Shown here: piece by piece, positions 29,514 through 37,799 of the stretch | How the letters are laid out: the number at the start of each line of letters is the position of its first letter | Numbering within the stretch: position 1 is the stretch's first letter | From: a bacterium | Lineage (GTDB): Bacteria; Zhuqueibacterota; Zhuqueibacteria; Oceanimicrobiales; Oceanimicrobiaceae | Length of the DNA: 50,842 bases | Direction of reading: 5' to 3' | NCBI GenBank assembly: GCA_046757165.1 | Contig: JBHHXT010000012.1 | Span: 1-50,842 of the forward strand | Notes under the pieces: model-generated | What the model was told of the DNA's origin: nothing | Database searches by the model: none | The model's input: the letters and a program-made list of their open reading frames with translations, nothing else | Made by a program: the position numbers and the translations under genes

Positions 29514-30494
29514 ATGAGGAAGAGAACACAGATAAGAAAGTTTGTGATTGGCAAAGGATCGCCGAGTACCCTCCATGGTTTATCAAAAGCAAAATACAGA
29601 AAGAACCTTGAAGCGTCTCTGGTTATCAGCCTGATGGTGAGTCTTCTGTTCTTTCGTTTCACCACCCACATTGATATTGAAAAGTATTTGATCGAAGAGG
29701 AAAGCATCACGCTGGAGTTTCTGGACCTCCAGGATCTGCCTCCGGTCACTGAGCAAACGCAGCAGCTCAAGATGGAGCAAGTCGTTGAAGTCGAGCCTGA
29801 AGAATCAGAAACCGTTGGCGAGGGCGGCGAAATCCAGGAGATCATCGACGAAATCGAGGAGCTGCTGGCTGAAGACGAAGAAACGCAATTGGCGCTGGCA
29901 AACGACGATATGGGTCATCTCATCTCAGATTCCCCCCTGGACCTGGGAAGGCACTCCCAACTCGACATTCGAAAAAGCCTGGCCAGCAATGACGGCGGGA
30001 TCAAATTCCGCCGCGGCAAGGGCGCTCTGGCAAAATCTTCAAGCAGCCTGGATATCGGCACCTCACGAGCCGCTCCCAGGGAGGTTGGTGCCGACCAGGC
30101 CAACCTTGACCTTCAGCTCGCGAAGGAGAAGCCGCAGAAACCCAAGAAGAAAAAATATCGCGAGAAACAGCCGACCTTAGGTCTATCCGGTGCGCCGGAA
30201 AGAGTCCTGTCGTTTGCCTCATCTACATTTGGCACCGAAGGTTATAAGCTATGGAATAAAATCATCTCTGAGCTCGACCGCTTGAACAAAGGAAGATACG
30301 GGACGGTAGTACAAGAAATAAAACGGCATAAGAAAGGATTCGTCGTACAGTTTAGTTATGATGACAAAACCCACCAGGAAGTCCACTGGCGGAATGATGG
30401 CAACGTCTGGATTACGGTGATCGGCAAAAGCAACAAATCGACGATTCAGGAATTGCGCCGAGCATTGCATGGACTACTCAGGTTATCACTTTGA
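29514..30494 (+). CDS. Membrane-anchored protein with a TonB-like N-terminus and an unrecognised C-terminal domain
   Basis: KAKYRKNLEASLVISL TM anchor followed by an acidic linker, reminiscent of FCB-group TonB N-termini. No clear TonB_C domain. GAGGA SD. Confidence 0.7.
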   Translation: MRKRTQIRKFVIGKGSPSTLHGLSKAKYRKNLEASLVISLMVSLLFFRFTTHIDIEKYLIEEESITLEFLDLQDLPPVTEQTQQLKMEQVVEVEPEESETVGEGGEIQEIIDEIEELLAEDEETQLALANDDMGHLISDSPLDLGRHSQLDIRKSLASNDGGIKFRRGKGALAKSSSSLDIGTSRAAPREVGADQANLDLQLAKEKPQKPKKKKYREKQPTLGLSGAPERVLSFASSTFGTEGYKLWNKIISELDRLNKGRYGTVVQEIKRHKKGFVVQFSYDDKTHQEVHWRNDGNVWITVIGKSNKSTIQELRRALHGLLRLSL

Positions 30495-30511
30495 AGTTGA
30501 GGAGTGCAAAG

Positions 30512-31957
30512 ATGAAGAGACGGTCTCAGATACTTTTCTTCCTTTTTCTGTTAGGGGGTGTCGCCGTGGCTTCGGGTCAGCCCGTGAGTGTACTGTATGA
30601 CGATATTCAGCAAATGTACAAAAGTGGGGATTATCAGCGCACCGTTGATTTGTGCCAGCAGATTCTCACCCGTTGTGCCGAGAGTGTTCCGGATGTGGAA
30701 TGCCGCTTCACGGATGTGATGAAAAGTGTTTACCGCTTGAAAGGGTTTGCGGAGTATCAGCTCTACCTCAAGGATCGGCAGTTAGTGACTCTGGATGCCG
30801 CGATTCTGTCGTTGAAGAAGAGCTATGGATTGTTTGGCGATCCAGAAATTGCCTTCAACTTTGGCTACATGGAGTCGCTGCGCGCCATCGAGCTCAGGGA
30901 TGGAGCATATCTGGATGGGCTGGTGCACGCCTGGCAGGGCGTCCTGGGGTTGTATGCAAAGAACGATTGGAACGTATCTCAAGAACTTGTGGACAAGATC
31001 AGAATCTTCATCAACCAGGCCGTGGACATCACCATCACCCCGCCAGACAGTGCGCTGACCAACGGTCTGTTTACGAGCTTTATGGTGCGGCTGGCCTGTG
31101 ATCTGGCGGAAAAAGGCGGTTTAGGCAGGCAGGACAGCTTGTTCTTTCGGGTCTACCGGCAGCGCGCTGTGGAGGATGAGTTCAATTTGCGCGGCAACGA
31201 ATGGCGTGCGCGTGGGTTTTCCGCTCAGAAAGATCTGAACAACTATCCGGATGATTACAACTACCGCGAAACACGCCGCTATCTGGAGCTGGCCTACAAG
31301 CACGCAAAAAGCACGCAGCGCCAGGCCGAGATGCTCAAAGAGCTGACCAAGGTTGCCCTGTTCATGGAGAAAGAGGGGATCAACAGCCAGCCTGAGGCGG
31401 AACTACAATACGCTCGCGAGAAAGCGCAGCAAGCGTACGTTTTGCTTGTCGACCGGGGCTCCGACATCAGCTTGTCGCTGGCCAGTGAGATCAAGAGAGT
31501 CTATGGCAACTCGATTTTCCGCCTGGTAAACTACTATTTCAGTTTTGCAGATTCCACCAACCGTCTAAACGCCTACGCCCGTGCCAAACGAGTTGGCGAG
31601 CAGCTCCTGGTGCCGGATGGTCGCTTTGGCCGCAAACAAAAGTTCGTGTGGGACGGCTACGAAGATCTCTATTTGCGGCTCTCAGAAATCGGATATGAAA
31701 TCGGCGACAAGGTATTCGCAGTCGATATGGTCGATAAGGCCTGGAAGTCCGCCCTTGAAGCAAATGGCCTGACCCAGAACGACCTCTGTGGTCAACTGGA
31801 GTTTCAAAAGGCGGCCGAACTCCTGCCGTTTGCCCGCGTTTACCGCCAAATCGCCGAACGGTTTGGCTTACAACCGGTGCTGCATTGGCTCCGACCGATC
31901 ATAAAATGTATCGCAGACAATGCTCGGTCCTTCCCAACAACAAGAAAAGGTGCCTAG
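30512..31957 (+). CDS. Hypothetical exported alpha-helical (TPR-like) protein
   Basis: GAGGA SD, signal peptide MKRRSQILFFLFLLGGVAVA, helical repeat-like segments. Confidence 0.78.
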   Translation: MKRRSQILFFLFLLGGVAVASGQPVSVLYDDIQQMYKSGDYQRTVDLCQQILTRCAESVPDVECRFTDVMKSVYRLKGFAEYQLYLKDRQLVTLDAAILSLKKSYGLFGDPEIAFNFGYMESLRAIELRDGAYLDGLVHAWQGVLGLYAKNDWNVSQELVDKIRIFINQAVDITITPPDSALTNGLFTSFMVRLACDLAEKGGLGRQDSLFFRVYRQRAVEDEFNLRGNEWRARGFSAQKDLNNYPDDYNYRETRRYLELAYKHAKSTQRQAEMLKELTKVALFMEKEGINSQPEAELQYAREKAQQAYVLLVDRGSDISLSLASEIKRVYGNSIFRLVNYYFSFADSTNRLNAYARAKRVGEQLLVPDGRFGRKQKFVWDGYEDLYLRLSEIGYEIGDKVFAVDMVDKAWKSALEANGLTQNDLCGQLEFQKAAELLPFARVYRQIAERFGLQPVLHWLRPIIKCIADNARSFPTTRKGA

Positions 31958-32530
31958 TTGAAAGTATCGCTTCTATTGTTCGTCTTATCTGCAACCTGGG
32001 GGACGCCTGGCGAGTCCAATTCGCAACATATCGATATGAAACTCGAAGAGCAGATGGTTGCTCTCGAGCGCGATGTGGTTCGAATCTACAATGAATTGCA
32101 GAAGTTTCTCTATGTCGATGATCGCCGCGGCAATGAGCTGTTGGCGTTCGAGTCACTGATCACAATCTATGTAGACGAAATATTGAATCTCTATGACACG
32201 TTTTGGCGCATCAAAGGCACCACACTCGAGAATCAGCAAAACATCGCTGCGCGCTGCCTGATTTTTCGAGCCCTGACCTACCTGGAACGGGTGGCCGAGG
32301 ACAAAGGAAACTATGCCAGGGCGTGCGAGGATTACAAGAAGGCCTTGCATCTGGCTCGCAACGAGCTGAAGGAGCCGTTGCTGAATACAAGGCTGCCACA
32401 TGAAGTCTGGGTTGGCAGGAAACTGTATACCCGTCTGGCCGACCTTCTGGATAACCGAAGCAAGAATTTTCAGATGATCGATTGTTTTAGAATTTCTGAC
32501 GAAATCTCGACAAATGGAGACGGTAGATGA
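31958..32530 (+). CDS. Hypothetical exported protein (paralog of the N-terminal domain of the next gene)
   Basis: TTG start abutting the previous stop; signal peptide-like N-terminus; aligns with the 32527-33840 product. Confidence 0.8.
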   Translation: MKVSLLLFVLSATWGTPGESNSQHIDMKLEEQMVALERDVVRIYNELQKFLYVDDRRGNELLAFESLITIYVDEILNLYDTFWRIKGTTLENQQNIAARCLIFRALTYLERVAEDKGNYARACEDYKKALHLARNELKEPLLNTRLPHEVWVGRKLYTRLADLLDNRSKNFQMIDCFRISDEISTNGDGR

Positions 32531-33840
32531 AAGCGGTCGTGCGTTTTCTCCAGATAGCGTTGTTCTGTGCGTGCTGGACTCTCACCGGGTTTGCGCAAAA
32601 CAGTCAACGCTCGCTCGTCAAACGAATGAGTCAGCATGAAAACAATATTCTCTATATGTACCTCGAGTACCAGAAGCTCTACTACGAGGACAAGTCGAGA
32701 GAGCACGAGCTGAGAGCTTTTGAAGATTTGTTAACGGTTTACATCGACCAGGTGACGGAGATATATGAAACGCTTACGCTTTCAGAACGCAAGACCGAAT
32801 TACCGCGCGAGATCGCTTCCAGAACTCTGGTTTTCAAAGCGTTGATGTATCTCGAGAAAGCACCTCTGAACTATGAGTACTATGAGCGCGCCTGTTATGA
32901 ATACTACAAGTCCCTGAACCTGTACGATGGTACCGATGAAGCCCCGGTGATTTTTAAGGATTTGCCGCAGCAGATTCAGGCAGGGGATAAGACCTACTAT
33001 CGCTTGAAGGACTTGCTAGATGACAAGGGCAAAGGGTTGCGTGATTTCGGCAAGGTGAAACTTTCCTTTCGAAATTTCATGGTCACAGCGAATTTTGATC
33101 CTGAAATGTTGGAGTTGATCACGGTAGAGAGCGGGGTCTCTTCTGCTGCAGCGCCCCATGTTTCCAACAAGGAATACACATTCAACCTGGCTGAAACCAT
33201 CATAAAATACGCTTTCGCAGAAGTGTTTCAAAGCAGACGCGAAGTGGAGACGTACGTGGCACTGCCGGCCGGTACCTATGTTTTGCGATTGCACGGTGGC
33301 AGAAAGTCAGGGTTTACGGCATTGACTCGCTTCTATGTCCAGGCCAACCAGGAGCAACACTATGTCATGGAGCCGCTGGCAGATTGGATTATCCTTTATG
33401 AGAACCCGACCAGCAGACGGCCGGATTACTACCACTACCGCAGAAACAAGAATCTTCTGGCCTCAGATGGCCTGGGCGGCAGCTTTGGTCTGCAGACCAA
33501 CGGTGACGTTGAAGAGAAAGTCAGCGGCAGCGCAGATGGGGAGAGCGCAACCACGGCCAATCACGAAACGCTCGTGGCCGAGATCGTCGCCGACATGTTG
33601 CCGAACTACGAAATCAGGATGATGTTCGAGCTCAACGATCCTGAAATCAAAGATAACGCCATCCAGATCATTGCCAGGTCGATCGTTCACTACGTTGAGA
33701 GCCAGGCGTTTTATAACAAGTGGAATCTCTGGTCTGCGAGCTGGGAGATTTCAACGGAAGTACGGGACGTCATCAGCCCGGGGAGTTTGGTGCCCATCGA
33801 GTTGTTGGAGCTCGTCTACAACGTCATCAAGGAAATGTAA
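32527..33840 (+). CDS. Hypothetical exported protein
   Basis: ATGA overlap, signal peptide ending GFA-Q, duplicated N-terminal domain, beta-rich middle (LPAGTYVL). Confidence 0.82.
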   Translation: MKAVVRFLQIALFCACWTLTGFAQNSQRSLVKRMSQHENNILYMYLEYQKLYYEDKSREHELRAFEDLLTVYIDQVTEIYETLTLSERKTELPREIASRTLVFKALMYLEKAPLNYEYYERACYEYYKSLNLYDGTDEAPVIFKDLPQQIQAGDKTYYRLKDLLDDKGKGLRDFGKVKLSFRNFMVTANFDPEMLELITVESGVSSAAAPHVSNKEYTFNLAETIIKYAFAEVFQSRREVETYVALPAGTYVLRLHGGRKSGFTALTRFYVQANQEQHYVMEPLADWIILYENPTSRRPDYYHYRRNKNLLASDGLGGSFGLQTNGDVEEKVSGSADGESATTANHETLVAEIVADMLPNYEIRMMFELNDPEIKDNAIQIIARSIVHYVESQAFYNKWNLWSASWEISTEVRDVISPGSLVPIELLELVYNVIKEM

Positions 33841-33969
33841 CTCCTGCAAACCACTTATCCGAATTCGACTTCTTTACTTACTTCCTGTTTGACAGAAATG
33901 AGAGCAACTTCAGAGAAGTTCATTTTTTGCTTGCTTCTTTGCCATTATTTCTTTAAGATTGTGGCATCT

Positions 33970-34326
33970 ATGAATTACCACCTAGTTGAAAAACGCAAGC
34001 ACCCCAGACTCGACACCTCCGCCAATGACAACTGGAAAATCAAGGTTTTCGGCTTGAAGGGTCGACCGTTGGAGGGACAAATCCTCAACCTGAGCTTGGG
34101 AGGGGTTGCGTTTCGCGGCCACTGGCGAAACGTCGCCAAGGCGGTCAAGCGCTTCACGACAAAAGTCGAGATTCAAACGCCAGACGGCTATAAGGTTAAC
34201 GCCAATACGAATCTTGTTCGAGTCTGGCCGAGTCCTGAGAACGATCAATGCGTTTGTGTGCTCGAATTGACGGAGATGAATAAGACGAACACATCCAGGC
34301 TGCTGCACTTTATTCCATACAACTGA
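33970..34326 (+). CDS. Stand-alone PilZ domain protein (c-di-GMP receptor)
   Basis: RxxxR (RKHPR) and (D/N)xSxxG (NLSLGG) motifs. Confidence 0.82.
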   Translation: MNYHLVEKRKHPRLDTSANDNWKIKVFGLKGRPLEGQILNLSLGGVAFRGHWRNVAKAVKRFTTKVEIQTPDGYKVNANTNLVRVWPSPENDQCVCVLELTEMNKTNTSRLLHFIPYN

Positions 34327-34464
34327 ATGGATGGTGGCTCTTATTCTTGAAAATTTTCATCTCGCCACACACCCTTTCACCACTTCCTTTTTGCTGCCAC
34401 AGTTGTCGTCCCACGATTCATCACTGCTGAATCGTGCAACCCTATTTTCGAGACAGGAGGCGTA

Positions 34465-35703
34465 ATGGACCGGTTAGTTATTGATGATTTGGAATTACAG
34501 GGAAAACGTGTTCTGATGCGCGTGGATTTCAACGTGCCGATTGCTGACGGGAACGTCGTGGATGCCACCCGCATCCAGGCGACGCTCCCAACGATTCAGA
34601 AAGTGATCTCCGATGGCGGGAAGCTGATTCTGATCTCCCACCTTGGCCGGCCCGGAGGGGAGGTCGATGCAAAATTCAGCCTGGGGCCGGTGGCAGAAAA
34701 ACTCTCCGAGCTGCTCGGAAGCAGAGTCAGGATGGCAGACGACTGCATCGGAGACGGCGTCGACAGGATGGTGCAGGAGCTGAAGGAGGGAGAGGTGCTG
34801 TTACTGGAGAATCTTCGCTTTCATCAGGGAGAGACGGCCAACGACCCGGAATTCTCTCAGAAGCTTGCGAGCCACGGCGAGGTCTTCGTCAATGATGCAT
34901 TTGGTGCGGCGCATCGCGCCCATGCTTCGACGGCCGGGGTGACCCAACACATCAAGGAAGCTGCCGCCGGTTATCTGCTGCAGTCGGAAGTCACCCATCT
35001 GACCAAACTGCTCGAAACGCCGCAGAAGCCGTACGTGGTCATCCTGGGGGGCGCCAAGGTGTCGGACAAGCTGAAAGTCATTCGCAACCTGGTCACCCGG
35101 GTCTCGACGATGCTCATCGGCGGCGGGATGGCCTACACATTCTTGAAGGCCAAAGGCGGCGAAATCGGGGACTCCCTGCTCGATACCGAACGTCTGGCCA
35201 TGGCGTACAATGCTTTGGTCGTTGCCAATCGTCCACACCCCTATAAACGTGTGGAGTTCATCCTACCCTGTGACCACATCGTGAGCACTGCCAGCAAGGA
35301 GAGCGAATCCAAGTGCACCGACGCGGCAACGGTTGCTGATGGCTGGAAGGGCGTCGACATTGGCCCCAAAACGGTTGCCGCGTTCAAGGAGAAAATCCTG
35401 GCTGCCAAAACGGTCTTCTGGAATGGCCCCATGGGCATCTTTGAAGTCGATAACTTTGCACGAGGCACCATAGAGATTGCCAAAGCCGTTGCCGAAGCCA
35501 CAGAACGCGGGGCGTTTACCGTCATTGGCGGTGGGGACTCGGTCGCTGCCATTGAAAGAGCGGGGGTGAAAGAGAAGATCTCGCACGTCTCTACCGGCGG
35601 CGGGGCCTCGCTGGAGTTTATGGCCGGAATCGACCTGCCGGGCATCCGGGCTCTGTCAAAGGCAAAGAAGAAACCGGCGCCCGAAAAGGCAGCAACTGAG
35701 TAG
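34465..35703 (+). CDS. pgk: Phosphoglycerate kinase
   Basis: RVDFNVP, SHLGRP, LENLRF, NDAFG, GGAKVSDK, WNGPMG and HVSTGGGASLE motifs. Confidence 0.98.
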   Translation: MDRLVIDDLELQGKRVLMRVDFNVPIADGNVVDATRIQATLPTIQKVISDGGKLILISHLGRPGGEVDAKFSLGPVAEKLSELLGSRVRMADDCIGDGVDRMVQELKEGEVLLLENLRFHQGETANDPEFSQKLASHGEVFVNDAFGAAHRAHASTAGVTQHIKEAAAGYLLQSEVTHLTKLLETPQKPYVVILGGAKVSDKLKVIRNLVTRVSTMLIGGGMAYTFLKAKGGEIGDSLLDTERLAMAYNALVVANRPHPYKRVEFILPCDHIVSTASKESESKCTDAATVADGWKGVDIGPKTVAAFKEKILAAKTVFWNGPMGIFEVDNFARGTIEIAKAVAEATERGAFTVIGGGDSVAAIERAGVKEKISHVSTGGGASLEFMAGIDLPGIRALSKAKKKPAPEKAATE

Positions 35704-35992
35704 TCCGGATAATGGCGCGCACGCTTCGCCTCTAAAGTCACCCCTCGAACATTGCCTTGCCTCTGGAACCGGCTGTCCTCGTTTGCTCCTGATTCAGGGC
35801 AAGAAGCAACCTTGTCCCGTTGGGCAATCGTCTCGCTTGCGTGCGAATCGGCCGTGTGAGCGAATGGGCGGCATGGGGTCTAAGCGGCTGTCCAAACGAG
35901 GTGGCTAATTCTGGTGCTCACTCTATCCGCTCAACTCCGGCGAGGAAAATCGTCTTTGCAATTTATGTTGAGATTTGTTATTTTTGATAAAG

Positions 35993-36029
35993 AGGAGTGC
36001 AACGCGAAATGCTAAAGCATTTCACTCCT
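35993..36029. repeat. REP-like palindrome (internally deleted copy)
   Basis: AGGAGTGCAACGC-GAA-ATGCTAAAGCATTTCACTCCT shares both ends with 42581-42630. Confidence 0.7.
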
Positions 36030-36099
36030 TACGTGTTGTCCCTTGTTAGGCGAAATTCATGAATTATCGAGGCTATAAGTCCCAACACTGGATATTCGC

Positions 36100-36894
36100 A
36101 TGAAGTTTGCTCAACTACGCAAGGAATATCATCGCAGGATCTGCAGGGACCTACTAAGAATTGGAAGGGATTCAAGAAAAGGCGACTACCCCAATAATGC
36201 CGATGCGGACAGTAAGATTAGCGTCGCAATTGCGTGGGAAATCGTTGGACAATTATGCGACCAGCCTGTCTCTGGCACCATTTCGGGCCAGAAAGCGGGT
36301 ACAATTTTCCAGCAGATAACCAAAGACTTCATAGAAAAGACCTTTGAGCTTTTACAACATATTCGACCCGGAAAGTGGATTTATTCGATCAACACTGAAC
36401 GAGTAACGACATTAGGTTCAGATTATATCGTCAGTCCGGATATTGTAATTGGAAGAAAACCCGAACCCAGAAAGGAAATAAACAAAGGTCAAAAGTTGTT
36501 GGGCAAAAACCATTTAGTTGCTCAATTAACCCCTCTTCTTCAAGAAAACTCAGATTCTCCCAAAGCGATTCTTCATGCCAGCATTTCGTGCAAGTGGACG
36601 TTACGCAGTGACAGAGCGCAGAATTCTCGTACGGAAGCGCTGAATCTGATTCGAAACCGCAAGGGCAATCTCCCGCATATTGTTGCAGTGACCGCCGAAC
36701 CTACGACAACAAGGATCGCCAGCCTAGCTTTAGGAACCGGTGACATTGACTGTGTCTACCACTTTGCGCTTAATGAGTTACGAGCCGCCATCTCATCGCT
36801 CGGAGACGAAAGTCAGATGGAAATGCTCAATATGCTGATCGATGGCAGAAGATTACGTGACATCAGTGACTTGCCATTTGACCTGGCGGTTTAG
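36100..36894 (+). CDS. NgoMIV-family type II restriction endonuclease, orphan, apparent internal deletion
   Basis: LGSDY..PDIV, HASISCKWTLRSDRAQN.R.E, RNRKG.LPHIV.VTAEP and DISDLP.DLAV match NgoMIV-family signatures. The gene is visibly more AT-rich than its neighbours. Confidence 0.88.
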   Translation: MKFAQLRKEYHRRICRDLLRIGRDSRKGDYPNNADADSKISVAIAWEIVGQLCDQPVSGTISGQKAGTIFQQITKDFIEKTFELLQHIRPGKWIYSINTERVTTLGSDYIVSPDIVIGRKPEPRKEINKGQKLLGKNHLVAQLTPLLQENSDSPKAILHASISCKWTLRSDRAQNSRTEALNLIRNRKGNLPHIVAVTAEPTTTRIASLALGTGDIDCVYHFALNELRAAISSLGDESQMEMLNMLIDGRRLRDISDLPFDLAV

Positions 36895-36937
36895 ACTCAC
36901 CCTTTCGCAGCTCATGCTCAGGCCGATAGGAGGGGCC

Positions 36938-37789
36938 ATGCTCAGAGCGGGCTCTGTTGTCCTGTTTTTCCTCATGCTCACAAGCCTCATCTTGCCGTCA
37001 GGGTATGGGCAAGCCAGGGAGCGGTACAGCCCCCTGGCCTACAAAATGCCCGAAGGCGCACGCTTGACCTACCTGGTTTCCGACAACACTAGAAGCCGAC
37101 AGCAGGTGCTCGGCACGGAGACGGAAGGGGTAACCCTTCTCAAAGCAACCGTGACGCTGACGTTTGAAGACACGGACAGGAACGGGAATTTAACCTTTGT
37201 TCTGAAAAATGAAGCCCTGCACATCGACCTCCATACCGCGCACCTGGATTCAACGCTCAGCAATCCCACGGGCATCGTGGGAAAACGGGTTCGGAAGACG
37301 ATTCTCCCCAACGGCGATCAGGTCGATTCTGTGGAATTGGATGCGGTCCAGAAGTTGTCTGTGTTGCCGGGGTTGACGAGTGAGCAGGAGTTCTTGCCGA
37401 ATCTCCCTGACAAGCCCCTGGCTGTGGGAGAGAGCGCCACGGTTGCAGATGTGGATTCGACCCATTCTCACGGCGGGGTCATCCGTACCCGCTCCACCAT
37501 CGAATATACCTTGCAGGGGATGAAATCGAAAGCAGGGTATGAATGTCTCGCCCTGAGCCTGAAGGGAAGGGTCGGCGTGAACGGGAACGGGGTCGCACAG
37601 GGGGTGCCGTTCACAGTCGAGGGAGACGGCACCGTGAGCGGGTCGCTTTGTTTCGCCGTGGAGGAAGGTGTGCTGGTCTCGCATGAAAGCGAGAGCACAG
37701 TCAACATGATTGCCGAAATGGCCGGCGAGCAGAAGATGACCCTTGTCATCACACAAACGGCCACCTCGCACGTCGATCTGGTGAAATGA
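36938..37789 (+). CDS. Hypothetical exported beta-rich protein
   Basis: AGGAGG SD before ATG 36938; signal peptide; alternating beta-strand pattern. Confidence 0.78.
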   Translation: MLRAGSVVLFFLMLTSLILPSGYGQARERYSPLAYKMPEGARLTYLVSDNTRSRQQVLGTETEGVTLLKATVTLTFEDTDRNGNLTFVLKNEALHIDLHTAHLDSTLSNPTGIVGKRVRKTILPNGDQVDSVELDAVQKLSVLPGLTSEQEFLPNLPDKPLAVGESATVADVDSTHSHGGVIRTRSTIEYTLQGMKSKAGYECLALSLKGRVGVNGNGVAQGVPFTVEGDGTVSGSLCFAVEEGVLVSHESESTVNMIAEMAGEQKMTLVITQTATSHVDLVK

Positions 37790-37799
37790 GGCGCGGACG

